63,994 nt of DNA, filler included, from Candidatus Hydrogenedentota bacterium (GCA_040752395.1; 8 parts of 8 records of this genome joined end to end with filler, not necessarily neighbours in it), one strand, 5' to 3'. Numbered from the whole stretch's first letter, positions 10,497-20,535 are shown. Numbers and translations: made by a program. Notes: generated by a model not told the origin, from the letters alone.

Positions 10497-10877
10497 TTAG
10501 TGACTCGCTGAACTCCTACCTTTTATCCAGTTGAATATATTTAGTTTCCAAGCAAATAAATAGCCGATAAAGAGTATAAAAATAAATATAATTATTTCTA
10601 TTAAACCGACCAATCCGAGATTATCAGAGATAAGTGCAAATGGGTATAAAAAGACTAATTCAATATCAAAGAGAAGAAAGACCAGACAGACAAGATAGAA
10701 TTTAGGTTCAAATTTAGTTTGAGCATCTTTTACAGGATCGATCCCGCATTCGTACGGCATACATTTAAAATACGTGGGCCGTTTTTTACCAAGAAACGAT
10801 GAGATAACAACAGTTCCTATGCTAAACCCAACAATCACGAGAATAAAAATTAATATCGAGAGATAATCAATAGGCAT
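10497..10877 (-). CDS. nuoA: NADH-quinone oxidoreductase subunit A
   Basis: PYECGIDP, FYLVCLVFLLFDIELVFLYP. Confidence 0.95.
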   Translation of the reverse strand: MPIDYLSILIFILVIVGFSIGTVVISSFLGKKRPTYFKCMPYECGIDPVKDAQTKFEPKFYLVCLVFLLFDIELVFLYPFALISDNLGLVGLIEIIIFIFILFIGYLFAWKLNIFNWIKGRSSASH

Positions 10878-10972
10878 AATGTACTTAAGACTATTTAATT
10901 CTTTATCATAGTCAATAAAAAAAATGCATCCGGCCGAAATGAGAGCGTCAATTAGGTAGATGAATTTTCATT

Positions 10973-11001
10973 TTGACAGAATAGAACCAGCGTGCTATAA
11001 T
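10973..11001 (+). promoter_or_regulatory. sigma70 promoter of the PFK gene
   Basis: Perfect TTGACA-N17-TATAAT with an extended -10 TG. Confidence 0.8.
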
Positions 11002-11092
11002 ATATTTAACAATTGAACACCATGCAATTCCCGGCTGCACTTTTGGGACTTTGGTCTCAAGAAGATGGCAGTTTTTAAAAGGAGGTTTTTGT

Positions 11093-12343
11093 ATGTTAAG
11101 AGGAAACGCTGTGTATGCGCAGTCAGGTGGCGTATCGAGTGTTATTAATTCTTCAGCTTATGGCGTGATTAAATCCGCTATGAAATCAGATTATATTGAA
11201 AACATTTATGGCGGGTATTTTGGTATAAATGGTATTCTTGAAGAGAATCTTATTGATTTTCAAAAAGAGTCAAAGGAAAATATTGAAGGATTGAGGTATA
11301 CTCCCTCAGCAGCACTCGGTTCCTGCAGAAAAAAATTGCCTGATATAGAGAAAAATAGAAAAGATTTTGAACGTATAATCAGTGTATTTAAAGCACATAA
11401 CATAAGATATTTTTTTTATAATGGCGGTAATGACTCTATGGATACTGCCTTTAAAATCAGCAAAGTTGCTGTTGAACTCGGGTTTGAACTGGTTGTTATC
11501 GGTATACCCAAAACCGTGGATAATGATCTACCTGAAACAGATAATTGTCCGGGTTTTGGCTCTGTAGCAAAATATAATGCTATCTCAATACTCGAGGGTG
11601 GGTATGATGTGGAATCTATGTATCGGGATTCTACAAAAGTTTTTATTCTTGAGAGTATGGGTAGACATGCAGGCTGGATCGCTGCAAGTACAGGTTTGGC
11701 TCATCGAGATGAGAAAGATGGACCACATATTATTCTTTTCCCTGAAGTACCATTTAATCAGGAGCGTTTTCTAAATAAAGTCGATGATACTTTGAGAAAC
11801 TTAGGTTTTTGCGTGGTCGCTGTTAGTGAAGGGTTAAAAGACGAAAAAGGAAATTTTGTTGCTGAATCAGGAACAAAGGATGCTTTTGGTCATGTCCAGC
11901 TCGGTGGAGCAGGAATCTATATATCAGAATTACTTAAAAATTCTATGAAATTAAAGACACACACCGCTATCCTGGATTACTGTCAGCGCTCTGGCAGACA
12001 CATAGCTTCAGCAACTGATGTTAAACAGGCAATAGCTTGCGGAGAAAAAGCCGTGGAATTGGCGACACAAGGTATCAATGCTAAAATGGTGACAATTGTA
12101 AGAGAAAGTGATAACCCTTACAAATGGTCGCTTGGTTATACAAATCTTGAAAATATTGCAAACAAAGAAAAACATCTACCCAAAGAGTATATATCAAGTG
12201 ATGGTTTTCATATTACAGATAATTTCAGAGTTTATTGTGAACCACTGATAGCAGGTGAGGATTATCCACCCTACTTGAATGGGTTACCAGTATATACCCG
12301 TCTTTTCAAACATCTTGTCCCTAAAAAATTGGGTAATTTGTAA
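11093..12343 (+). CDS. pfp: pyrophosphate-dependent 6-phosphofructokinase
   Basis: QSGG, GGNDS (Asp typical of PPi-dependent enzymes), PKTVDND, MGRHAGW; AGGAGG before ATG 11093. Confidence 0.88.
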   Translation: MLRGNAVYAQSGGVSSVINSSAYGVIKSAMKSDYIENIYGGYFGINGILEENLIDFQKESKENIEGLRYTPSAALGSCRKKLPDIEKNRKDFERIISVFKAHNIRYFFYNGGNDSMDTAFKISKVAVELGFELVVIGIPKTVDNDLPETDNCPGFGSVAKYNAISILEGGYDVESMYRDSTKVFILESMGRHAGWIAASTGLAHRDEKDGPHIILFPEVPFNQERFLNKVDDTLRNLGFCVVAVSEGLKDEKGNFVAESGTKDAFGHVQLGGAGIYISELLKNSMKLKTHTAILDYCQRSGRHIASATDVKQAIACGEKAVELATQGINAKMVTIVRESDNPYKWSLGYTNLENIANKEKHLPKEYISSDGFHITDNFRVYCEPLIAGEDYPPYLNGLPVYTRLFKHLVPKKLGNL

Positions 12344-12358
12344 TTTTAAGCGGGTACC

Positions 12359-12979
12359 CTACAAAACTTCGAAATTTGTTTCAAGATAATCTACGTCTTT
12401 TTCACTACCGAGTTGAGCAGAGATATGGGTTACGAATGTGTATTCACCTGAATCTGCTTCATCCTGAAACGTGATGCTTCTAATTATTTGATGGGTACCA
12501 GCTTTGAAGGTAAATGTTTTTTCTATAGTATTACCTACCTGTTCTCCGTTGTGAAATATTGCTATTCTCTGTTTAACTTTGATATCCTTGTTTTGCTCGG
12601 GTGCAGCAAGTGATATCTGAGTAATTAGATCAGTTTCTTCACCTGGTTTAACTTTTGTTGGCTCAACACTTATACTTGAAATATTGACCTTTATTCCATC
12701 GGCTTTACTATAATCCATTATTTTTTCAGTATTTTCTGCATCTTTCACAGTTTTAGTTTCAACCCCACCAATAATGTAACCAACTGTTCCGCCAACCACA
12801 GCACCAATAAGAGCTCCCTCAGTAGTATCATCAGATTGATGCCCGATAACTGCTCCAAGTGCAGCACCAAGAATCGTTCCCTGTACTGTTCTTTTCTGTT
12901 GAGTGCTGCTGCTTGTACAACCCGTAAGTATTAGAGAGACAATTAAGAGACTGGATATAATATTATATTGGTTTCTCAT
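12359..12979 (-). CDS. glycine-zipper lipoprotein
   Basis: Lipobox LTGC; GTILGAALGAVIG and GALIGAVVGG glycine zipper; beta-rich C-terminus. Confidence 0.75.
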   Translation of the reverse strand: MRNQYNIISSLLIVSLILTGCTSSSTQQKRTVQGTILGAALGAVIGHQSDDTTEGALIGAVVGGTVGYIIGGVETKTVKDAENTEKIMDYSKADGIKVNISSISVEPTKVKPGEETDLITQISLAAPEQNKDIKVKQRIAIFHNGEQVGNTIEKTFTFKAGTHQIIRSITFQDEADSGEYTFVTHISAQLGSEKDVDYLETNFEVL

Positions 12980-13106
12980 AATTCTTTTTAACCCCCTTTA
13001 ATAGCAGTTATTTAATTTAATAAATTTTAATATATTTTTATAAAAAGTCAAGTAAAATCAACATATTTCGTATCTACCCTATCTTTGGTTGAGTTTCACA
13101 ATCTTG

Positions 13107-13270
13107 CCACAACACCAATTGTTTAATTGTTTATTAGACAGCTATTGTTTTTTGGCAATTGCTGGTGTGGTTTTCTGATACTTTTTACTTCTTCACCACA
13201 TATAACTGAGAACGTGTGAAATAATCATTATGGATACCACGTAACTCTTTTATTAGCGAGCCTGGTTACT
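13107..13270. repeat. degenerate repeat cluster (small IR element, A-like module, MITE left end)
   Basis: CCACAACACCAATTG..CAATTGCTGGTGTGG imperfect IR; CTGATACTTTTTACTTCTTCACCACATATAACTGA resembles 59582-59622; AGAACGTGTGAAATAATCAT matches 3511-3530. Confidence 0.6.
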
Positions 13271-13272
13271 TT

Positions 13273-14157
13273 CTATCTCATATCAGATATTCTAATTACC
13301 GTTCCGATTAGCTCTGTTTCACCACTTTTACTTATCTTTGAAATAGTTTTATTTGTTGGATCAAAAAAATAGGTATCCTCTTTTTCAGATTTTAGATATC
13401 CTTTATACGGTGTAAGTAGAAGATGTTTTTCTCTGTGTTTGGTTTTTACAATGTATAATTTCCATATACTCGGGTCTTCCAGCGGAGATGGTATTGGTAT
13501 TTCATCAACTAAAATTATACTCGAGTTTTTTAAATCTTCAGAAGATAAATCGCTTGCCGGGACTATTATCTTAATATCTTTATTTATAGTAGCATAGACC
13601 TGAGTACCTTTTGGTATTATCGCTGGTGTTCCTTGCTGGATCACAGAAACTGCAACCAAGCCGGGTAACCCTAAATATAACCCCGCGGCAGGTAGGATTA
13701 AGGCATCAGCTCTGTGTTTCTGCGATGATTTTAGTCCTATGAATATAGGTATCGGCGTATTATCCACAGCAGGTACCGTACCAAAATCTATTTTAAGTTT
13801 TCCACTACTACCCAGTATACCTTTCTTTTTAACTTTTGATAATATCGCTTCACCTTGAGTATCTTTTTTTATTATAATAATATTTTTTACCCCACACTTA
13901 TTTACGTCGTCCCCTGATACACTGGTAGCATCGGCAGAGGTGAGTGTGTTTACTTTAACATCTTCAAGAACTTTAATCGGTATCGGATCACCCTCAATAT
14001 TTATTTCAGAATTCACACTCTTTTGAAACTCAATTTTAAGTTTGGTACCTTTTGGGATACTCACAACCGCCCACAAATTTTTATCAGCAGATACCAATGG
14101 AGTTAAATAACTCGCCAGTAAGAATATATTGCATAACACAAAATTTATTTTAATCAT
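13273..14157 (-). CDS. exported hypothetical protein
   Basis: Signal peptide; IPKGT repeats and a beta-rich body; no confident family. Confidence 0.7.
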   Translation of the reverse strand: MIKINFVLCNIFLLASYLTPLVSADKNLWAVVSIPKGTKLKIEFQKSVNSEINIEGDPIPIKVLEDVKVNTLTSADATSVSGDDVNKCGVKNIIIIKKDTQGEAILSKVKKKGILGSSGKLKIDFGTVPAVDNTPIPIFIGLKSSQKHRADALILPAAGLYLGLPGLVAVSVIQQGTPAIIPKGTQVYATINKDIKIIVPASDLSSEDLKNSSIILVDEIPIPSPLEDPSIWKLYIVKTKHREKHLLLTPYKGYLKSEKEDTYFFDPTNKTISKISKSGETELIGTVIRISDMR

Positions 14158-14242
14158 AAATTATTATACTTATATCTGAGTAGGTGCTTATTATCAAGAT
14201 TAAATTATCATAGAGATTGGAATTTTTTTATTGTAAATCTCA

Positions 14243-14830
14243 GTGGATATGTTAGATTTCAGTAGTAGCACAGAATGCTGTGACTCTATTACTTTTATGA
14301 ATGATAAAATCGTTTATATATTAAAAAAGTACAATTTTACTCCTGATAGTATCACGATTATAGGGTGTATCATTGCTTCTTTATCATTTATGTTTTATGC
14401 TAAAGGGATGTTTTTTACAGGGGGGATAGTTATGGGTATAGGCAGTTTATTTGATGCTTATGATGGTTATTATGCGAGGAAGATAAATTCAATTACCAGA
14501 TTTGGCGCTTTTCTTGATTCTAATCTTGATCGTGTCTCTGAATTCTTTATATTTTTCGGGTTGTTTTTATATTATCCGGCCAGGATTAAAATAATTATCT
14601 TTTTTACTTTATTTTTCGGTATAATGGTAAGCTACAGTAAAGCACGAGCCGAGGGGCTGGGTATAGAATGTAAAGCAGGTATCTTTAATCGTGTTGTAAG
14701 AATGAGTTTACTATTTGCCGGTTCTATATTGGGTAAAAATATTATGATATATATATTGATTTTACTCTGTCTTGGTAATTTATTAACATTTATACACCGG
14801 GTTTACCATTGTTATAAGAAACTGGTTTAA
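14243..14830 (+). CDS. CDP-alcohol phosphatidyltransferase, phosphatidylinositol-phosphate synthase-like
   Basis: DAYDGYYAR..GAFLDSNLDR signature and SYSKARAEGLG. Start uncertain. Confidence 0.85.
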   Translation: MDMLDFSSSTECCDSITFMNDKIVYILKKYNFTPDSITIIGCIIASLSFMFYAKGMFFTGGIVMGIGSLFDAYDGYYARKINSITRFGAFLDSNLDRVSEFFIFFGLFLYYPARIKIIIFFTLFFGIMVSYSKARAEGLGIECKAGIFNRVVRMSLLFAGSILGKNIMIYILILLCLGNLLTFIHRVYHCYKKLV

Positions 14831-15930
14831 CTTAATCGTTTTCCAGAGATAAATTCATCAACCATATTTTTAGCGACAAAATCAGAGTATTGATGTGGAG
14901 GGCTTTTCATAAAATAAGCAGAGGGAGAGATTAATATTCCACCTATACCTCGATCCATTGCTACTTTCGCACACCTTATAGCATCTATAACAACACCTGC
15001 TGAATTAGGTGAATCCTCGACTGATAGTCTTAATTCGAGATTTATAGGCACATCACCAAAAATATTACCTTCCATCCTGATAAAACATATTTTGTTATCC
15101 TTAAGCCAGGGGATATAATCGCTTGGACCTATATGTATATTTTCATTTTTTAGTCTTTTATCTGTCATAGATTGAACAGCTTCGGTTTTAGATATCTTTT
15201 TACTTATTAATCTTTCGCGATTAAGCATATTAAGAAAATCAGTATTACCACCCATATTAAGCTGATAAGTTTTAGTAAGTTTAACACCTCGTTCTTTAAA
15301 TAGAGAGGTTAATGTTCTATGTATTATTGTAGCACCGATTTGTGATTTAATATCATCTCCTATAAGCGGTATATTTTTATCTTTAAACCTTTTCTGCCAG
15401 TTTTTATCGCTTGCTATAAACACAGGGATATTATTAATAAAAGCGCAATTAGCGGCGAGCGCACATTCAGCATAAAATTTTGTAGCTTCTCCTGAACCAA
15501 CAGGGAGGTAATTAAGTAATATCTCACAACCACTGTCTTTTAAAATTTTTATTATATCATTTCTATCAGGCTGTTTTGTCTTTGATACGATAAAAGTGTT
15601 ATCAGGATTATATTGTTTCATATGTTTGCTAAAACCATCAAGAACGCAGCCCATATTTACTTTAATATCTGCTCTTTCTATTCTTTTTGTAAAAATTTTC
15701 GTACAATTTGGGCTTTGAAATATAGCTTCTTTTAGAGGGCGTCCTACCTTTCGTTTATCTATATCAAAAGCACAGGCAAACTCTATAGCATTAGGGGTGT
15801 ATCCATTTATATCCCAGTGCATAATACCTATTATCTCTTTATCTTTTTTATCACTGTAATAGGATACTCCCTGCACTAAAGAGCTTGCACAATTACCAAC
15901 ACCAATGATTCCTGCTCGTATCTTTTCCAT
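14827..15930 (-). CDS. ino1: myo-inositol-1-phosphate synthase
   Basis: IIGVGNCASSLVQG, GDDIKSQIGAT, GGNTDFLNM, EDSPNSAG. Confidence 0.95.
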   Translation of the reverse strand: MEKIRAGIIGVGNCASSLVQGVSYYSDKKDKEIIGIMHWDINGYTPNAIEFACAFDIDKRKVGRPLKEAIFQSPNCTKIFTKRIERADIKVNMGCVLDGFSKHMKQYNPDNTFIVSKTKQPDRNDIIKILKDSGCEILLNYLPVGSGEATKFYAECALAANCAFINNIPVFIASDKNWQKRFKDKNIPLIGDDIKSQIGATIIHRTLTSLFKERGVKLTKTYQLNMGGNTDFLNMLNRERLISKKISKTEAVQSMTDKRLKNENIHIGPSDYIPWLKDNKICFIRMEGNIFGDVPINLELRLSVEDSPNSAGVVIDAIRCAKVAMDRGIGGILISPSAYFMKSPPHQYSDFVAKNMVDEFISGKRLS

Positions 15931-15938
15931 AATTTTTT

Positions 15939-15982
15939 AATTTAAATTTTTTGTTGCTATTAGTCAAGTTTTGATTTAAAAT
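15939..15982. promoter_or_regulatory. overlapping divergent sigma70 promoters
   Basis: + strand TTGCTA-N17-TAAAAT ending 7 nt before ATG 15990; - strand TTGACT-N17-TAAATT ending 8 nt before ATG 15930. Confidence 0.55.
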
Positions 15983-15989
15983 TTTTACT

Positions 15990-18005
15990 ATGAAACTTAT
16001 TTTTGATATCTTATTACCTTTAATTGTATTGATAGCTCCATTTATTTATTATTTTGTTACCTCATCCAAAAAAAAGTCTGTATTTGAACGTGTCTCAAGA
16101 GAATTTAAAGCTAAACTCGAGGTAACTAAAACTCTTCTTCGTAAAACCTATTCTTTTCAGGCTAAATATAAAGATACTGTTTTTACTGTTGATGAATTCT
16201 CCAAAGGCGAGGGTGAGACGCAGACTCAATGCGCAAGAGTTACGTTTTATCCTGAGTTGGTTTGCCCTTTTATCTCTATTAAATATAAAGATATAAGTGA
16301 TAAAATTCTCTCCTTTAGTGGAGAAAAACTCCAGATAGAAAATATTGATAAGGATTTTCACATTACTACAGAAGATATCGATTACTGGAAAAGAAATATA
16401 AATAAAAATATTATAGCCAAACTTAAACAATTACCCAAAAACACAACCATTGAGTTATTAGAAGGGACACTGCGATTATATTCTGATAAAGCATTAAAAC
16501 ATTACGATTTATTAAAAGAGATTATTTATTATGGTTATGATTTTTTTAAAATATTAACTGAAAAACCTACTAAGAGTATGGAGACCTTACCTCAAGTAGA
16601 AGAAAAGACTCAAGACTCACGACTTGTGACTCACGACTCACAGAATATATGTCCGCGTTGTAAAAGTAAGATACCATTAAATTATAGAGTCTGTCCAGTA
16701 TGCAGATACGAATTAAAGCCCGGCTTAAAAATTAATTATAGTTTTATATTCTCATTCTTTATTATATTAACTCTAATAGCATATCTTGTTTATAATAAAT
16801 ACGAGCCCTTGATTAAAGGCTGGGTAAAAGAGAGAACCCATACCAAATCAGCTACGCCTCTTAAATTACAAAAGCATAAAGTAACTATCACGTATAATAA
16901 TAAAAATGCAAGAGAGGTATATTTTGCCTGGGAAGGGAATAAATGGAATCCGAAAAAAGATAGGATGTCAGGACCTGATAGAAACGGAAATTTTAATATC
17001 GGGTTTGAGTTATATCCCGGAAAGTACCAGTATAAATTTGTGGTTGATGGAGAATGGACGCTTGACCCAAAAGCTTCGACTATAAAAGATGGCGAGTTCA
17101 CAAACTCATTACTGATTGTTGGGACAGAGAATGAGATTAAATTAGCCTGGAACCAGAAAATTATAGAACAAAGAAAAAAGATAAATCTATTAGCAAGTAT
17201 AGGAAAAGAAATTAGTGTATTCAATAAACAAACTGATATAAAACACTTTGCAGTTTTTGGTGATTCACGTGGGAACCCTCATTTATTTAGAAAAATATTA
17301 TTGGATATCAAACAGAGGGAAGCAGAGTTTGTTGTATTCACAGGAGACCTTGTCAACAGACCTGAGTTCATCAATGAATGGGTGGAGATGTTCGAGATTA
17401 TAAAAGAGTCAAATTTGCCGTTTTTTATGGTTCCAGGGAATCATGATATAATGGATACCTCTTCTTACAATTTTTATAGAGATATCTTCTTTTTACCAGA
17501 TGCCGAGACATACTATTCATTGAAATTCAAGAATATTAAAATGTTAGTTTTATCTTCTGAGGACCCGAATTATGTTTCGACTTTTTCTGATACTCAATTT
17601 GTGTTTTTGAAAAATGAATTATCTTCTGATACCCCATTATTAAAATTTGTATGTATCCACAGACCGTTTTATCCTGATAAAGAATTGAGTCATCATTATA
17701 AAGATTCGATGAACAAAAATCCACGATTTCGTGATCAAGTGTGGGAGACATTTATAAAAAATAAAGTTAAGTCCGTTTTTAGTAGTCATGACCATTTTTT
17801 TTATGTCAATCGAGTAGCGGGTCTTTATGAATTTATTTCAGGTGGTGGTGGGGCGAAACTCTATGCGCCGCCATCTAAAGGTGGCTTTTATCATTATTTA
17901 TTAGTTAATATAAAGGAGAAGGATATCATAATAGAAGTTTATAAATTTATAGAAGAGAGAAAAAGTTTTGAAAAACATAAAACTTTTTTTATTAATCAAG
18001 AATGA
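15990..18005 (+). CDS. membrane protein with zinc ribbon, CBM48-like domain and calcineurin-like metallophosphoesterase
   Basis: CPRC..CPVC; LYPGKYQYKFVVDGEWTLDP; GDSR, GDLV, GNHD, HRP, SHDH motifs. Confidence 0.8.
   Translation: MKLIFDILLPLIVLIAPFIYYFVTSSKKKSVFERVSREFKAKLEVTKTLLRKTYSFQAKYKDTVFTVDEFSKGEGETQTQCARVTFYPELVCPFISIKYKDISDKILSFSGEKLQIENIDKDFHITTEDIDYWKRNINKNIIAKLKQLPKNTTIELLEGTLRLYSDKALKHYDLLKEIIYYGYDFFKILTEKPTKSMETLPQVEEKTQDSRLVTHDSQNICPRCKSKIPLNYRVCPVCRYELKPGLKINYSFIFSFFIILTLIAYLVYNKYEPLIKGWVKERTHTKSATPLKLQKHKVTITYNNKNAREVYFAWEGNKWNPKKDRMSGPDRNGNFNIGFELYPGKYQYKFVVDGEWTLDPKASTIKDGEFTNSLLIVGTENEIKLAWNQKIIEQRKKINLLASIGKEISVFNKQTDIKHFAVFGDSRGNPHLFRKILLDIKQREAEFVVFTGDLVNRPEFINEWVEMFEIIKESNLPFFMVPGNHDIMDTSSYNFYRDIFFLPDAETYYSLKFKNIKMLVLSSEDPNYVSTFSDTQFVFLKNELSSDTPLLKFVCIHRPFYPDKELSHHYKDSMNKNPRFRDQVWETFIKNKVKSVFSSHDHFFYVNRVAGLYEFISGGGGAKLYAPPSKGGFYHYLLVNIKEKDIIIEVYKFIEERKSFEKHKTFFINQE
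16602..16641 (+). repeat. module D heptamers inside a CDS
   Basis: GACTCAA GACTCAC GACTTGT GACTCAC GACTCAC; compare 62356-62388. Confidence 0.8.
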
Positions 18006-18799
18006 AATCGAAATTTGATGCAATCTGGGAAGACTGGCTCTATAAAGAAGATTTCACAGCTGACATAGAGAGAACTGAAACAGGAAGAAAAAGGTTTCAT
18101 AGTATCATTAAAAATCTCTTAAATAAAAATAGAAATAATAATGTTTTAGAACTTGGCTCAGGTACCGGCACCGATACTCTCCTATTAAAAAAATATATCC
18201 CGCATAACCATTATTTTGCTATGGATATTTCTTTTACAGCAATAAAAGTAATGAAAAAAATAGAGAATAAATTATTTAATACACCAATAAGACCGGTCTA
18301 TAAGATTGTAGGAGATATCAATAATTTGTCTTTCAAAAAAAAATTTTATTTGATTTTTCATCAGGGAGTACTTGAACATCTTGATGAACCGGAAAAGATT
18401 ATCAGGTTTCAACTCGATATATTGCAGGATAATGGCTACATAGTAATTTCAGTTCCACAGACATTCACGTTTTATACAATCTACAAACATAGTAAAATGT
18501 TATTGGGGAAATGGGAATGGGGGTATGAGACAGAGTTTTCAATATTTAGAATAAAAAAAATTTGTAAAAAATTAAGATTAAATCTTATTGATGTGAGTGG
18601 TGAGGGTTATTATCCAACCTGGTTTGACCCTGTATTTGTTTTACGAGATTTAGCAGATAAATTTTTAAGACGATTTAATATGCCCTTTTTACTAAGAAAG
18701 TTATTTATTTTATACAACCAATGCTGGGAGTATTTAGAAACACGTTTCGGTTATTTATTTCAAAAAGAGATAGTATTTTTAATTCAAAAGAAAAAATAA
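18002..18799 (+). CDS. class I SAM-dependent methyltransferase
   Basis: VLELGSGTG, QGVLEHL, GYIVISVP. Confidence 0.85.
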   Translation: MKSKFDAIWEDWLYKEDFTADIERTETGRKRFHSIIKNLLNKNRNNNVLELGSGTGTDTLLLKKYIPHNHYFAMDISFTAIKVMKKIENKLFNTPIRPVYKIVGDINNLSFKKKFYLIFHQGVLEHLDEPEKIIRFQLDILQDNGYIVISVPQTFTFYTIYKHSKMLLGKWEWGYETEFSIFRIKKICKKLRLNLIDVSGEGYYPTWFDPVFVLRDLADKFLRRFNMPFLLRKLFILYNQCWEYLETRFGYLFQKEIVFLIQKKK

Positions 18800-18874
18800 T
18801 GAACGAAGCGATGAATCCAAGAGCCATTTCCCGGGCTTCGCTGGATCGGGATAAAGGGAGTTAAACAAATAACT

Positions 18875-20287
18875 ATGTTTCTAAAGATTATTAAAAAAAA
18901 TTCATTTATACTTTATAGTAGTTTAATATTTATAACTATCTCTGTTTTTTTATTATTCTTACATAAAGACGCATTATATCTTTTCAAAAATGGAGATATA
19001 GCTCAATATTGTTCTTTTATTTCTCATAGGAACCTTCTTCAGCTATCAATACATATCGGATACTATATGATAGGCATTTTATTCAACTCTATATCAATAT
19101 TTCCTGTTATTAATACTATGAATATTTTAAATGTTATTTTTTCAGCAGGCTCAGTGGTAATGTGTCTCTTAATAACTCATTATTTTAATGAAAATAAAAA
19201 TAGCTTTTATGCATTATTAGGATGTTTTGCTTTATTAACCAATCATACTTTCCAGATTAATACATCTTTATCCGAGATATATATGTGTCAATCATTTCTG
19301 AATCTACTGACATTGTTCTTATTTTTAAAGGGTTATTATTTTATAAGTGGAATTATATTTTTTTTAAGTGTATTAGTCTCTACTAATTCTATTTTATATC
19401 TTCTTATGTTTTTTCTTTCTATGAAGGCGTGGGAAAAAAGAATAAAATTTAGTATTCCTCTAATAATAGGGATCTCTCTTTTCATAATTCTATTGAAAGA
19501 AGATTTTATATACGGTGGTAGAGGCGCGAGATTTTATTTATTCGATCCCGTAAATAATATTTTTACAGGCAGATATATTTTGGTCAGGTCAATAATAGGA
19601 ATGTTTACAGATATATCAATTATATGGCTTATCTTTTCAATAACAGGAATAATAACTTTTATTAAAGAGAATAAAGAGGGTTCAATTTATCCGGCAGGTT
19701 TGATAATTGGATTTGTGGCTGGTATCATTTTTAATAGCATAGTAAGCGATAATCTTTTATGGGGACAGGATGAAAAAGAGATACCTGCTCAATTATCGAG
19801 TTTTATGATTTTATCCTGTTTTGCTGGTAGAGGATACTTATTTATTAAGAGATATGGTAGATTAAGTAAAATTTTGTTAATCATCGGGATTTGTTTTACA
19901 TTATATTATATATTCCAATGGAATAACACGGTTAGAAAGGATATAAATGAGGCCAGACATCAATATAATTTAGTTTGTATAACAAAATCTTATGAGGATA
20001 GAGGTTGTATAATATTATCATTGTGGTCATTTTATAAGATTTATTCACTGGTGCATTATGGCGATTCAGAAAGATTTAAACCGCCATTTGATAATTTAGA
20101 GAGAGTATTTATACCCGGGACAACTGAAAATACTAAATTTGAATCTATGATAAGGGATAAAAAATCTTTTGTTGTTACATATGGAATTCCGTCAAAGGTA
20201 GTTCAGTATTTAACAGGATATCAATATACTTTAAAAATCATTACACCGGGTCTTGGATTATTGGAATATGATATACTGCTCCCCTGA
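18875..20287 (+). CDS. polytopic membrane protein, possibly a GT-C glycosyltransferase
   Basis: About 10 hydrophobic segments; HIGY and SEIY motifs reminiscent of GT-C/DUF2723 proteins. Confidence 0.6.
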   Translation: MFLKIIKKNSFILYSSLIFITISVFLLFLHKDALYLFKNGDIAQYCSFISHRNLLQLSIHIGYYMIGILFNSISIFPVINTMNILNVIFSAGSVVMCLLITHYFNENKNSFYALLGCFALLTNHTFQINTSLSEIYMCQSFLNLLTLFLFLKGYYFISGIIFFLSVLVSTNSILYLLMFFLSMKAWEKRIKFSIPLIIGISLFIILLKEDFIYGGRGARFYLFDPVNNIFTGRYILVRSIIGMFTDISIIWLIFSITGIITFIKENKEGSIYPAGLIIGFVAGIIFNSIVSDNLLWGQDEKEIPAQLSSFMILSCFAGRGYLFIKRYGRLSKILLIIGICFTLYYIFQWNNTVRKDINEARHQYNLVCITKSYEDRGCIILSLWSFYKIYSLVHYGDSERFKPPFDNLERVFIPGTTENTKFESMIRDKKSFVVTYGIPSKVVQYLTGYQYTLKIITPGLGLLEYDILLP

Positions 20288-20490
20288 AACGTGAGACACT
20301 TTAAAGGGGAGGAAAAGAGGCACAAAGGCACAAAGCAGGCTACAGACTACAGGCTTACTGGCTCCAGCCGGCTGTAGTCCGTAGCCCGTAGCCCGTAGCC
20401 TGTAGCCTGTCCTCATACTTCTCACTTCTTCCGTTATCTTGCTTCTTGCCTCTTGCTTCTAAACTAAGTTCTACTGCACCAATAACTGAG
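20271..20490 (+). repeat. modular repeat array F-E-B-A-K
   Basis: Each module has near-identical copies elsewhere in the window; F overlaps the upstream stop codon. Confidence 0.92.
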
Positions 20491-20535
20491 AAATTACTTA
20501 TTAATTCCTTTTCTGCACTAACCGATAAATCTAAT

